Shown here in pieces: positions 1 through 17,516 of a stretch of DNA of 64,000 nucleotides (position 1 is its first letter; every line of letters begins with the position of its first letter). A model generated the notes under the pieces. That model worked only from the letters and a program-made list of their open reading frames with translations, searched no databases and had not been told where the DNA came from. This stretch comes from Macrostomum lignano (taxonomy: Eukaryota). A program made the position numbers and the translations under genes. The stretch lies in assembly GCA_002269645.1 (NCBI GenBank), contig NIVC01001546.1, positions 186,001 to 250,000 of the forward strand, given 5' to 3'.

Positions 1-309
1 CCGCTTTGCGTCGCAGGTCGGTGTCTGGCACGGCTGCACTCCTGGCGTTCTTAATCAGAATCGGCAGACGACGGGCGCCAACTCGCCAGATGAGATGGGG
101 CACCCAGGTGAGCATAGCCTGGCCTGCTAGCACTATGGCTACCCACTGGTAATAGGTGAGGTGCTGCACCTTGGCTAATTCCTTCGCATTGATTGGAATA
201 TCGTCGCTAGCCATGAGGAAATAGGTGTTTGATACCCAGCAGTAGTTCTCGGCGAAGTCTTCCCAAGCTTTGGAGAACTCTTGCGGCACCCAGCATTGAA
301 TTGGTTTGC
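1..309 (-). CDS. inx: Innexin (gap-junction protein), coding exon 2; continues beyond the window start
   Basis: Manual translation: (G)KPIQCWVPQEFSKAWEDFAENYCWVSNTYFLMASDDIPINAKELAKVQHLTYYQWVAIVLAGQAMLTWVPHLIWRVGARRLPILIKNARSAAVPDTDLRRKA. It contains the innexin extracellular-loop cysteines (IQCW, NYCW) and the YYQW signature. Acceptor ...cattcag|GC at 311-310, phase 1, matches exon 1. Absent from the ORF track because it has no ATG. Confidence 0.96.
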
Positions 310-1982
310 CTGAATGCGGGTTTGATGCGTTAGGAATATTTGAATTAGTATTAATATCACTCAATAATCAATTAATATTAGAATTTAAAAGATAAATCAA
401 GTAAATATAAATTAGAACTAAAATGTATCCGGACAAATCAAAATTGTTTTTATAATTAAAGCAAATAGTTAATTTTTTGTTTTAAATAATGATAAACATT
501 GCAAATAAACAAATTTACTATTAGAGGAGCGGATTTGGTCATGTTTTACGATCTAGCTGTAATTACTTCTTCGTTTTTTATATTTCGATTTAAAATAAAA
601 TGTTTGACCGTAATATACAATCTACGCTTGTATATTAATAATACGTAAATACATACTTTTACGACCGTAAATATTTTTAAATACGATTGTCTGGCTTTTG
701 TTTGTTTTTAAAATTAATTTGTTTTAATACAGAAACTGCGGTAGCTGAATATAACTACTCAAACAGTTTTTATTTTGAAAGACGTAATTCTAGTACGTTA
801 TTCTAGTTTCTACAATATATTGTAGTAATTGCAGATATTTTATACCGTAACAATTTTCGCAATCTCTATTGAACTAGCTAAATCAGTCATTAATCTTGGG
901 CAGGAGGCGGAACAAATATTCTGGACAAGCGCTTCCTACATTAATCCATCTGCTGGCTCTTTTTCTGCTAGCAGGGACCCCCGAGAAAAAACTGTAGCCA
1001 AACATTGGCAGTCAGGGTGGGATGTTCTCTTCCGCCGCGTATAGCCGCCATGGCTCTAATGCTTCAACGGCTGCTGTGCTACTTTTGAGTTCCAGCTCTC
1101 CCTCTCTCTCTCTCGTGTCGGACTCATTTTTCTCGGGACTTCCTTTAGCTCTACAGGGAGCTGGACTTTGGCATCCGGTTAATAATTCAGATAGAAACAG
1201 CCATGCAGGGCAGAGGGAGAGGAAAAGAGGGAGATTGGAGGGATTCGGGTGAACCAGCTATGGTGTAGAAGATGTTGAACAAGAACCTACAGTGTAGTAT
1301 AGGCATCCTTCACACACGGCGTCGAGTAGGTCGACTTCCGGAACACAAAAAGAGTCTATAGCTAGCTACTCCACTTTTAGCTACTGCATAAGCTCTAGCT
1401 ACATGCCTAATTCAGCTGCTCAGGTTTTTGCTCAGTTCTGCTTTGCAAAACAGCTCTGCATGGCTAAAGTGTAATGCGACTGCAGACTTGAGTAATCGAA
1501 TCGAAACTCTACAGAGGAAGTTTTAAAGGAAGTTTTTAATAGAAAACAGTTGGAGTTGGGATTCTCGGCCCCAGAGCAGGACTTCCGGAGTATAGCGTTT
1601 TGAATGAGGTCGGATGAATAGGAACGCGAAATGGCTTGATTGAAAGCTCGCGGATTGATCGAGAGTGGGTCCCAAATGAGTTGAGCTCATGGAGCCGTTA
1701 TTAATGGCTCTTCGTGAATTGACCTATTTTTACTGTTCTTTTTAAGCCTCCCTGAGCTGTTCTTATTGAGAACAGAAATTTCTGGTTAAAAATAGCCAAA
1801 CCAAGGGCGAGTCCTGACTCGGAATAAAGATTGACGGCGTATTGAAAGCTCAGCATGTGGCTCACTGATGCGAAATATTGTTGTAAACAGCTCGTTGTAC
1901 CGAGTAATAATAAGGGGAGAAATATGTAGAGATGCTTAGAGGCATTTGCATGTGAAGGCTGTCGAGAGGTGTTAAAGAAGTT

Positions 1983-2600
1983 TTAGAGACGTTTAGAGAC
2001 GTGCAGAGACGTTTAGAGACGTGCAGAGACGTTTAGGGACGTGCAGAGACGTTTAGAGACGTGCAGAGACGTTTAGGGACGAGCAGAGACGTTTAGAGAC
2101 GTGCAGACGTTTATAGACTTGCAGACGTTTAGGGACGTGCAGAGACGTTTAGAGATGTGCAGACGTTTATAGACTTGCAGACGTTTAGGGACGTGCAGAG
2201 ACGTTTAGAGACGTGCAGAGACGTTTAGGGACGTGCAGAGACGTTTAGAGACGTGCAGACGTTTAGGGACGTGCAGAGACGTTTAGAGACGTGTAGAGAC
2301 GTGTAGAGACGTGTAGAGACGTGTAGAGACGTGTAGAGACGTGTAGAGACGTGTAAAGACGTTTAGAGACGTGCAGACGTTTATAGACTTGCAGACGTTT
2401 AGAGACGTGCATAGACGTTTAGAGACGTGCAGACGTTTATAGACTTGCAGACGTTTAGGGACGTGCAGAGACGTTTAGAGACGTGTAGAGACGTGTAGAG
2501 ACGTGTAGAGACATGTAGAGACGTGTAGAGATGTGCAGAGACGTGTACAGACGTGTTGAGACCTGTAGATACGTTTAAAGGTGTATAGAGACATGTAGAG
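1983..2600. repeat. 10/20-bp minisatellite (AGAGACGTGC / AGAGACGTTT / AGAGACGTGT variants)
   Basis: Directly visible tandem units with an ACGT core. Confidence 0.95.
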
Positions 2601-3460
2601 TTGAAAAAACGCGTAGAAATTTGTGGAGAGAGCAGTGAGAGGTGGAGAGAAGTGGAAACGTACATATGGTGTGAGGGAAATTAACAACCGACACAAGTAA
2701 GTGAATCGGCGACAAAATTGCCCACCAAACCCGATCTGCAAAAATCAGAGGGCCTGTCATGAACGAATCTAGAGAATCATTTTCTCGATTTCGCCTCGTC
2801 GTAGTCTGTTTCTGTGTCAACGTCAAATCTTGTCGAATTTCTGGGTCAGATTTTTATCTGAAGAATCTTGCGCAGGTTTTCTAACCGCGGGGGTTTTTCC
2901 CGCCTAAGTTCAGACGGTGCGCGGTTCAGAAAGTTAAAGAAAGCCAAAAAGTATATGTACATCATGTGGGAAAGACAAATAAATACTCCAGCCAATGAGA
3001 ACTAGAATTAGGCATCTGGGTTGGACACTAACGGGCGAAACCTTTCTGTCTCGTCGGCATATACTTAGTCTGTAAAGCCTATTTTCCAGGACGTTCTTAG
3101 TAATCCATGCTCGAGCGAGTGCAACCTTGCCCATCGAGTTCCCCACAGGGGAAGAGCATCGATTTCTATGCATTCGGGCCGCTGTACTGCATTTTTTGAC
3201 AAGCGTCATCAATAGGGTTGGACAGACTTTTCAGTTCGAGGAAACGTCGTCAATCACCTTCCTTAGCCTTGCTTCGTTACGAACAGCCTGCGGAATGCAG
3301 CGCTCCGAGCAGCCGCTGCCTCCTTTGCGTGTGCACGGAATTCTGGCTCGTTAGTGTTCTGTCATTCAGGCACTGCGGCCTCCATGGCAAGGGAAATCAA
3401 GGTGCCGTGTCAGTCACAGCGAGCTGATCAGAGCTGAGGACTGCGGAATCCATCCATCTG

Positions 3461-5756
<2,296 letters not shown>

Positions 5757-6572
5757 ACAGAAGCACTATTCAGAGCCTGTGTTATGTGAGCAGTATAAGC
5801 AGCATACCCAAACAGTGACCAATAAAGAGATAAATAAACTGCAAGGCCTGTCACATTCGAGTCCGAGGCAGCCGCGGGACGGACTGCAGCAAAATGAAAG
5901 AGATACCCATTGCAGTTGAGTATTAAGGGGCAGTGGCTGGACTCAGGGCGGGCAACTCCTGCTCAGGGAAATTGCTGGACCGAGAAATCAGGCCCGCCTC
6001 CTCCCTTGAATCCCTTGGCCATCGCAATTTTCCCCAAGCCGAGATTCCTTGATTAGCCCCGGCGCAGAGCCGCAAAATAACTGAGCACCAACTTGGCAAA
6101 CTGATTTTTTCCTCCACTGCTCCCCCATTCTCGTGACTGTCTTTGCCTGACAGTGCGCGAGAGGCCGCACTGTGCGCCTCTGTTGTCTTTTAATTCCCCG
6201 CTTTGTGCCCTCGGCCGCCCCGGGTCTCCTGTGAGCCACGGGAAAGGGGAAGAAACTGCCCGAAAAGTCTGCGTGCCGTGCCTTCTGTGCAGGCGATTCC
6301 AGTCCGAGGATCGGGGACAATGCTCTGAGATAAGTGGCGAATTGTGCAAATATTAATCAGTTGGAAGGGGCCAGAGACTCAATAGAGAGTCCATCCCCTG
6401 ATTGCTTGACTTGGCGATTGCGTGAAGCCCAAATCCCGTTCCCTGACGGACCAGAATATGAGAGGCGAAAAATTAATTATTTCTTCTGAGGTTCAACCAC
6501 ACACAGTCTATTCATGGCGCTAATTCTTGAGAACACGGTTGCGCCTCACGGTTTCCTGTGTTTATCTGATTG

Positions 6573-8133
<1,561 letters not shown>

Positions 8134-8912
8134 CAGCTCAGCGGGAGCAGCTGAGGGAAAGCATTGCCATCCGGAAGCCCAGTTTCCCGATAAAAGCATG
8201 ATGCTGAGGCACCCAGGGCCAATGCAAATAATGAAGGAACTGCTCGCGTGGTCCCAGCTTCCCAGACTCACAGATCTTTCATCAGCCTCAAGGCGGCCTC
8301 CCCGGGAGCAGCAGCTGACGGGCGCGCTAATGGGAAATCAGAGACAGATAAAAAATGATGAAGGAAAAGGGGATCGTGGAGCCACCGATGATGAAACACA
8401 GAAAAAAGTTGCTAAGCCGAAGCAGTATAGAAATGCACTACGCGAAATATTTCTATTTTTTAGATTCGGTTCAATTTTCTGGATAAATCTCAGTTAAACT
8501 TTGTGCCTTTTAGCAGTCAGTTAAACTGCCCCTCAATGCCAGGTCAGGTTTCTGAGCTGCTGGAAAAGCCCAAGGCCGGGCCATCTGTTGCCCAGGTGTT
8601 TCAGTGGCGAGAACCGCTCGATTGCTTTTCCAGTTTTTTGTCGACGAATTTCTCATTTATTCTGGACTCGATGAGGCTCAGAGCCTGCCTGCTCTATCAG
8701 TTGTCAGTTGTGCTCAGGCTCTTAGATGTCTGACCGAAAATTATTATTTTGCAGACTGAATCTCCCATTCCATTACCTGGGTTGCTTTAATTCCAAATTT
8801 ATTTTCAAGCCCAAACTCTCGAATCCCACATCGAGAATTTGTCTAATCTAGCTCTGGGGTGAGATGCGATCTAGTTTCAGAACCAGATATTGTTCTCTTA
8901 GATCTAGAATCT

Positions 8913-9702
8913 TACATGACTAAATTCCTGCATGTGCATTATTTTCAGAATCAGTGTTGTCAGCACTCATTTTAGCGCCGCAGGCACTCATTTTAGCGCC
9001 GCAGGCACTCATTTTAGCGCCGCAGGCACTCATTTTAGCGCCGCAGGCACTCATTTTAGCGCCGCATGCACTCTTTTTAGCGTCCCAGGCACTCATTTTA
9101 GCGCCGCAGGCACTCATTTTAGCGCCCGCAGGCACTCATTTTAGCGCCGCAGGCACTCATTTTAGCGCCGCAGGCACTCATTTTAGCGCCCCAGGCACTC
9201 ATTTTAGCGCGGCAGGCACTCATTTTAGCGCCGTAGGCACTCATTTTAGCGCCCCAGGCACTCATTTTAGCGCCGCAGGCACTCATTTTAGCGCCCCAGG
9301 CACTTATTTTAGCGCGGCAGGCACTCATTTTAGCGCCACAGGCACTCATTTTAGCGCCCCAGGCACTCATTTTAGCGCCCCAGGCACTCATTTTAGCGCC
9401 ACAGGCACTCATTTTAGCGCCGCAGGCACTTATTTTAGCGCGGCAGGCACTCATTTTAGCGCCACAGGCACTCATTTTAGCGCCCCAGGCACTCATTTTA
9501 GCGCCCCAGGCACTCATTTTAGCGCCCCAGGCACTCATTTTAGCGCCACAGGCACTCATTTTAGCGCCACAGGCACTCACTTTAGCGCCACAGGCACTCA
9601 TTTTAGCGCCACAGGCACTCACTTTAGCGCCACAGGCACTCATTTTAGAGCCGCAGGCACTCATCTTGGCGCCCTGAAACAAAAGTATTTATTTTCATAA
9701 CG
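8913..9702 (+). repeat. 21-bp minisatellite cassette (GGCACTCATTTTAGCGCCGCA) with conserved flanks, locus 1
   Basis: Array at ~8963-9675. The 5' flank TACATGACTAAATTCCT...GTGTTGTCAGC and the 3' flank GCGCCCTGAA...ATAACG are shared with loci at 30859 and 38660. Confidence 0.93.
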
Positions 9703-9822
9703 GGTCACAAGGTGATTAGGGGGGTGGGCAACAAAGCATTGGCATGCCCCCATAGCTATTATTGGGAGAGCCCCTGGTATTAGTTCAGGTTCTCCATATC
9801 CGGAAGTCACCACCGCACTCAC

Positions 9823-9991
9823 CAACGTACTGCCGCAGTCCAATAATCACTATAAATATGGTCATCAGGCCTCCGGTGAACTGGTAATTGAGCTGGTCAA
9901 TAAAATCAACTCCGTGACCGCCGTAGGGGGTCTTGAAGATTCTGCCGAGCTTCAACACGAAGCCGGCGTCCATTACGCCGCCTCGAGTCAT
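9823..9991 (-). CDS. inx: Innexin, first coding exon (ATG at 9991 or 9973)
   Basis: MTRGGV-MDAGFVLKLGRIFKTPYGGHGVDFIDQLNYQFTGGLMTIFIVIIGLRQYV-G, the typical innexin N-terminus plus TM1 (DxxDxLNYxxT...QYVG). Donor G|gtgagt at 9822, phase 1; G+GC gives Gly and joins in frame to KPIQCW. Confidence 0.94.
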
Positions 9992-11045
9992 GATGGTGCT
10001 GTTGCTGATGCCTCCGCTGTTGCTTCTGTTGCTGTTGCTGCTTCAAGTGACCAAAATTAAAATTTCTTCTCTAGCTATTTGCTAGTGAAACTCTACGGCT
10101 TCTTTGTGAACCATCTTCTTTCAATTATCTGTCGGATGACAAGCGGTGTCCAAGATAATCGCTAACACGTGGGTGGGGCCAAGTGACGGCACCTTTTACG
10201 CGGCTTAACAGACGGGTCGGGTGAGCAGACAGTCACACAGGTGGGCAGCGCTGTAGCATACAGTCAGCGTGGGAAAAGACAGAAAGGGAAATGACACTGG
10301 GGTCTTTAGGCGCTGCACCACTGGCCTAAGCTAAGAAGCGATTAACTTTAGAAAGAGGAAAGAACGAAGCGAAAGAAGACAGGAAAATGAGGGAAGAGAG
10401 TAAAAGAGAGAGAGAGGAGGGTCTCGGCAGGGTTGGGATCTGAGGTGCAGAGGGAGGGAGAAATTTGGGTTAGGAAATTCTCGCCCTTCTCTCTCCGTAG
10501 CCCTCTCGCCCCTTTCTCGCTCTCTATCTCACAGCGCACCTCAGCCTGGCCTGTGCAGTGGAACTCCGACTCAGGCGCTGGGGTGGGCAGCGGTGGCGGG
10601 CAAGCAAAATATTTTCTAGTGGTTCACCTCGTCCACCTATGGAAGGGATTTGAAGGAACACGCGAGGGAGAGAGAAGGAGGGAGAGGAAGGGGGCCGCGT
10701 AGAGGTGCGCAGAGTTTGTGTCCGGATGCTGCGGAACTGCGGAATCAACTGACCAAGGCGGAGGGGGAGAGGGTGAGCAATGCTGGGTGAGGGACGAGAG
10801 CCTCCCCCGCCCAGCCCAGCCTCTGTTCCCCATCAGCCCGCTTGTGTCCAACCATTTCTAAGGATGAAAAATAACCCCACTATCTCAAAGTGAACCGGGC
10901 TCACCGCGCTTTCCCTTGATCCCCAACTACATCCTGACGCCTCTCGCCTCCCGCCCAGCCAGTCCTCATCCTGTGTCTGTTTGGTTGCCAAGATGCAGGA
11001 CACAAATAGTGTGTAATGCTTATAGTTTTTTCTGCCAGCGTGCAC

Positions 11046-11812
<767 letters not shown>

Positions 11813-12306
11813 GTTTATCTACCCTCCACTGTTTGATAACAAGATAATGCTTTTTCCTCTTGCAGCTCACTGAGCCCACGGCGCTATTCTGTGCATGCGG
11901 AGGAATGGAACAGAAAAGCTATTTTTAGCCGGACTGTATACCAGAGCCAGAGCTGTTCCCAAAGCAATCCCATCCTATAATATCCTAGCCCGAGAGGCGC
12001 TCGCAGAGTCTTAGCTGGGAGTGGATGTGAAGCCGCTCTCTAACTGAGGCAAGAGAAATCTATAAGCTAGCCCAGCGGCAGTTGGGTTCATTTCGACTTT
12101 TTATCTGGCATATAATTTTTTTATGAATTTGGAGTTTGCCAACCTATTATCTTCTATAATCCTTGGTATGGGATAGGCTTTAGCCTAGTGAGCTGCTCAG
12201 TGTGCTTATAGTTGATATTATTTCTATACTAAACTGCTTCATTTGCCAAAATATATAATTCTGGAGCTTAAGTGTTTCAGATTTTAAAAATAAATTTGAG
12301 TTTGAG

Positions 12307-13100
12307 GTTGGCGGTGACTCAGTGAAGAGTCTGAGTGGTGGTGTGTTTAGGACTGGCGGTGACTCAGTGAAGAGTCTGAGTGGTGGGGTGTTTAGGGCTG
12401 GCGGCGACTCAGTGAAGAGTCTGAGTGGTGGGGTGTTTAGGGCTGGCGGCGACTCAGTGAAGAGTCTGAGTGGTGGGGTGTTTAGGGCTGGCGGCGACGC
12501 AGTGAAGGGTCTGAGTGGTGGGGTGTTTAGGGCTGGCGGCGACTCAGTGAAGAGTCTGAGTGGTGGGGTGTTTAGGGCTGGCTGTGACTCAGTGAAGGGT
12601 CTGAGTGGTGGTGTGTTTAGGGCTGGCGGCGACTCAGTGAAGGGTCTGAGTGGTGGTGTGTTTAGGGCTGGCGGTGACTCAGTGAAGGGTCTGAGTGGTG
12701 GTGTGTTTAGGGCTGGCGGTGACTCAGTGAAGAGTCTGAGTGGTGGTGTGGTTGGAGTTGGCGGCGACGCAGTGAAGGGTCTGAGTGGTGGGGTGGTTGG
12801 GGTTGGCGGTGACTCAGTGAAGGGTCTGAGTGGTGGGGTGGTTGGGGTTGGCGGCGACGCAGTGAAGGGTCTGAGTGGTGGGGTGGTTGGGGTTGGCGGC
12901 GACGCAGTGAAGGGTCTGAGTGGTGGGGTGGTTGGGGTTGGCGGTGACTCAGTGAAGGGTCTGAGTGGTGGGGTGGTTGGGGTTGGCGGTGACTCAGTGA
13001 AGGGTCTGTGTGGTGGGGTGGTTGGAGTTGGCGGCGACGCAGTGAAGGGTCTGAGTGGTGGGGTGGTTGGAGTTGGCGGCGACGCAGTGAAGGGTCTGAG
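12307..13100. repeat. 45-bp G-rich minisatellite (GACTCAGTGAAGAGTCTGAGTGGTGGGGTGTTTAGGGCTGGCGGC)
   Basis: About 17-18 units; the 15-codon periodicity is visible in the ORF track on both strands. Confidence 0.96.
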
Positions 13101-14394
13101 CTTCATGAGTTCATATTCGAAATCTTTTCTGTCTTAGGCATTTAAGTAATAATAATAATAAACATAATAATCATTATCGCATAAAAGCGTAAAATTTCGC
13201 AAAGTCTCACCTGAAACAAGCTCGGCTCAAGCCACCGGATTCCCTGATGCTCGAATCGCAATCGACTGACGCCAGTAGCCATGTGCAGCACGCATGTTGC
13301 TGATGACGGCCAGACTCTGCAGATTCGCTCCCAAGCTCTCTCTGATCCGATCATTTTCATTGTCGTGATCGAGGCAAAGCAGCCTTCATGGATATCATCT
13401 TACAGCATATCGCGTGCAATCAACTCTTTCTCATTTTGTATGCATAGATATATATGAGTCATGTAATATATATGCATAAAAATATATGCATCGACGTAAA
13501 GGCTGCAAAAATGTTACTAATTTGACGTCGTAATCTCATGGCCTTCTAAAACTAGCTATCTGGATAGGAAACAGATTGAATTGCTATATTTCTATATTTA
13601 TGGCGCGTACTGGAAAGCCAGATCTGATTTTGAATTTCAGTTATGAAAATAAGAATAAATCCTGTCTCTTAAGCGTTTTCACCGGATTTTGTTTCAATTC
13701 AGAAATACCTATAGCAAACATTGAAAGCTTTCCAGATGCTGTTTATAAAACTCCGTGGCAGACAAATTTCGGAAGATGAAAATTCGTCAAGAAATTCTGC
13801 TAGGATGCAGAATAGACGCTTGGATGAAATTTAACAGTCAATATTCGTATATTTCTACTTTCAGTAGAGCAAATCAGCGAAAATATGAAACTTTTGTTTA
13901 AAAAATTGCAACCAACTTCAAGACTGCCAGAATTTACTTTGACTGAAATTACCACACTCACTGCCATCATTTTCATCAGTCAGTCACACCTCTAGCACTT
14001 TCATGCTTGGTTTAGATAACCCTATAGTAAGATTTATATAATTTTTGGCAACAGCCTACTCACGAGAATATGTAGACTATGTTGACGCACCGACTTCAAA
14101 AGTTCTAATCGACCTTCAGTTCGTTTTGGCTCGCCGCAATCATTCTGAAATTTTGTTTGAGAATTAAAAAACTCAAACATCCAGAACAAGAAAACACTGT
14201 TTTATGATTATGCAAATTTTGAATGAAAACACTCACGAAAGCTGTTATCTTGATCGGTAGAGGCAGTTCGATTTACAATTTACAGTTGCAAAATATACCG
14301 CGTGATGCAGACGAACGGCAACTGCAATTGGTGCATTGGAAAATTGATTTTGTTCACCTCTGAGATAAACTGAGAAATTAAAGAAGTGGGGAAC

Positions 14395-15052
14395 CGGAAG
14401 CGGATGTGGAAGCGGAAGTGGAAATGAAAGTGGAAGCAGAAATGGAAGTGGCAGTGGAAGTAAAAGTGGAAGTGGAAGCGGGAGTGGAAATGAAAGTGGA
14501 AGTGGAAGTGGAAGCGGAAGTGGGAAAGTGGAAGTGGAAATGAAAGTGGAAATGGAAGCGGAAGTGGAAGCGGGAGTGGAAGCGGAAGTGGAAAAGTGGA
14601 AGTGGAAGCGGAAGCGGAAGTGGGGAAGTGGGAGTGGAAGTGGAAGCGGAAGTGGAAGCGGAAGTGGAAAAGTGGAAGTGGAAGTTGAAGTGTAAATGGA
14701 AGCGGAAGTGGAAGCGGAAGTGGGAAAGTGGAAATGGAAATGAAAGTGGAAATGGAAGCGGAAGTGGAAGCGGGAGTGGAAGCGGAAGTGGAAAAGTGGA
14801 AGTGGAAGCGGAAGCGGAAGTGGGGAAGTGGGAGTGGAAGTGGAAGCGGAAGTGGAAGCGGAAGTGGAAAAGTGGAAGTGGAAGTTGAAGTGGAAATGGA
14901 AGCGGAAGTGGAAGCGGAAGTGGAAAAGTGGAAGCGGAAGTGGAAAAGTGGAATTGGAAGTGGAAGTGGAAGTGGAAAAGTGGAAGTGGGAGCGGAATCG
15001 GAATCGGAAGTGGAAGTGGAAGCGGAAGCGGAATCGGAATTGGAAGTGGAAA
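14395..15052. repeat. (GGAAGT/GGAAGC/GGAAAT)n hexamer repeat
   Basis: Directly visible. Confidence 0.96.
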
Positions 15053-15558
15053 CGGATATAATGCGAGAGAAGAAACGAGTATATAAGTGAAAGTACCCAA
15101 ATTAGACAGATTTGGCATGCGCATTCTAAATCCTCCCAAGCATATCCTAATCCCCGATCCAATGGGCGAAATAGCCATTGTTGAATAAGATAAAACTTTA
15201 TACAAGCATACTGACGCGAGTTGTAAATCGCAAAGCAAGTGAACCGGGATCGGAGCAGCCATGTACCCGATGAACTGGTGAATATGCCCAAAGGCCGTCT
15301 CCAATTATAAGCTGGCCCATAACCCTCTAGCCCGAAGGCCAAAGCAGCTTTACAATCTATCTGAATAGCACAGCCCCAAGCAATTCTGCATTTGTATGTG
15401 AGCTGTGGCGTTTTACAACTTGATTCCTCCATATCCTGCCATCCTGCCATCCTGCAGTTAGTGCGGCAGTTTACGGCGTAGAAAGTCAGATTGCTGCATT
15501 TGGCTTTAATATGTGGCTGAATGCTTGGCTATAGCATCCACTGCTGATGCAGCTCCCT

Positions 15559-16720
15559 ACCATTGCCCAGCCTCATCTCTGCTTCCACTGTCTCCCCCTC
15601 TCCCATTGCCCAGCCTCATCTCTGCTTCCACTGTCTCTTTCTCTACCATTGCCCAGCCTCATCTCTGCTTCCACTGTCTCCCTCTCTCCCATTGCCCAGC
15701 CTCATCTCTGCCTCCCCTGTCTCCCTCTCTCCCATTGCCCAGCCTCATCTCTGCCTCCCCTGTCTCCCTCTCTCCCATTGCCCAGCCTCATCTCTGCCTC
15801 CCCTGTCTCCCTCTCTCCCATTGCCCAGCCTCATCTCTGCTTCCACTGTCTCCCTCTCTCCCATTGCCCAGCCTCATCTCTGCCTCCCCTGTCTCCCTCT
15901 CTCCATTGCCCAGCCTCATCTCTGCCTCCCCTGTCTCCCTCTCTCCCATTGCCCAGCCTCATCTCTGCTTCCACTGTCTCCCTCTCTCCCATTGCCCAGC
16001 CTCATCTCTGCTTCCACTGTCTCCCTCTCTCCCATTGCCCAGCCTCATCTCTGCTTCCACTGTCTCCCTCTCTCCCATTGCCCAGCCTCATCTCTGCTTC
16101 CACTGTCTCCCTCTCTCCCATTGCCCAGCCTCATCTCGGCTTCCACTGTCTCCCTCTCTCCCATTGCCCAGCCTCATCTCTGCTTCCACTGTCTCCCTCT
16201 CTCCCAGTGCCCAGCCTCATCTCTGCTTCCACTGTCTCCCTCTCTCCCATTGCCCAGCCTCATCTCTGCTTCCACTGTCTCCCTCTCTCCCATTGCCCAG
16301 CCTCATCTCTGCTTCCACTGTCTCCCTCTCTCCCATTGCCCAGCCTCATCTCTGCTTCCACTGTCTCCCTCTCTCCCAGTGCCCAGCCTATCTCTGCCTC
16401 CCCTGTCTCTTTCTCTACCATTGCCCAGCCTCATCTCTGCTTCCACTGTCTCCCTCTCTCCCATTGCCCAGCCTCATCTCTGCCTCCCCTGTCTCTTTCT
16501 CTACCATTGCCCAGCCTCATCTCTGCCTCCCCTGTCTCCCTCTCTCCCATTGCCCAGCCTCATCTCTGCCTCCCCTGTCTCCCTCTCTCCCATTGCCCAG
16601 CCTCATCTCTGCCTCCCCTGTCTCCCTCTCTCCCATTGCCCAGCCTCATCTCTGCCTCCCCTGTCTCTTTCTCTACCATTGCCCAGCCTCATCTCTGCCT
16701 CCCCTGTCTCCCTCTCTACC
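15559..16720. repeat. 43-bp pyrimidine-rich minisatellite (CCATTGCCCAGCCTCATCTCTGCTTCCACTGTCTCCCTCTCTC)
   Basis: Directly visible; all three + frames are open and rotate with a 43-aa period. Confidence 0.96.
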
Positions 16721-17516
16721 TCTCTCCATCTTACAGTTCTCTGCATCTCCTACCTCTACTATCCTACCACAGTGCACTCAATAAAATATCTTAATTAGAT
16801 TATTAAAAGTAAGTTTATAAAGCTAGCAGCTTACCTAATCCTATAACAGCGATATTTGCTCATCCCAAAACAGTTTAAACAGTGCAAGACTTATATCTGC
16901 ATAAGCTTAACCAGCCCCCCCCCCCACTGCCGAGATCCCATATCCGCTATCTGGACAAATAAACGCTAGCTGTATTTATTGGCTTGCGACCGACCGGTCC
17001 GCTGCTCAGTGTGGCTTCGTCCTGATTGAGGCCGCCACCACTGGCCGCGTGGATTAAAGGGGAGAGAGGGGAGAGAGGGGAGAGAGGGTGACAGAAGCCT
17101 CAACGAGAGAAAGTTGAAGTCCCGGCTACGCTCAGTAGATTAGCGAGCTCTTGTGCAATTATCTGTAATGCAATTTTTTCTAAACAAGCTCCCCCATCAT
17201 CAGGAGGCAGGGCAGGACAGCTTGAGAAATGCCGCATTTTCTCAGCGTGCAACCGCGCGAAGAAAGTCACGTATTATTCAATATGATCAGTTTGAGTAAA
17301 CTGCAATTCTAGAGACGACTTGTAACAGCTGCATCAGAGGGGTCTCTTATTAAAAAGAATCCCCAGGCCTTTTGATTACGCAACTCACCGCATCGTGACA
17401 GATTTTCCTATTCAGAATATTTTGGGTGGCAATTTTCATGCTTTTGAGGAGATGGCATAATGATGAGGGATACAGAAGCTCAGAATTTCATTTTGTTGAA
17501 GAAAGCACATTTTACT

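Noticed and set aside
3300-3460. Idea that the (TATC)n arrays are 3' tails of a SINE/LINE family
   Set aside because: Sequences preceding the arrays at 3461, 8133 (reverse), 11046, 24531, 27641 and 48505 (reverse) share no visible homology.
12307-13100. CRISPR-like appearance of hairpin-containing repeats
   Set aside because: No unique spacers, no cas genes, and a eukaryotic context; these are head-to-tail minisatellites.
12180-13137. Mucin-like (PTPTTPPLRPFTASP)n and GG-rich ORFs on both strands
   Set aside because: Both derive from a stop-poor 45-bp array; no signal peptide, splice context or unique domain.
13211-13400. Exon-like segment ending in CAG|GTGAGA
   Set aside because: No frame gives a recognisable protein; kept only as a possible non-coding 5' exon of the innexin.
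14245-16798. Long ORFs over the GGAAGT and 43-bp arrays
   Set aside because: Open in multiple frames because of repeat composition; the non-repeat portions resemble no protein I know.
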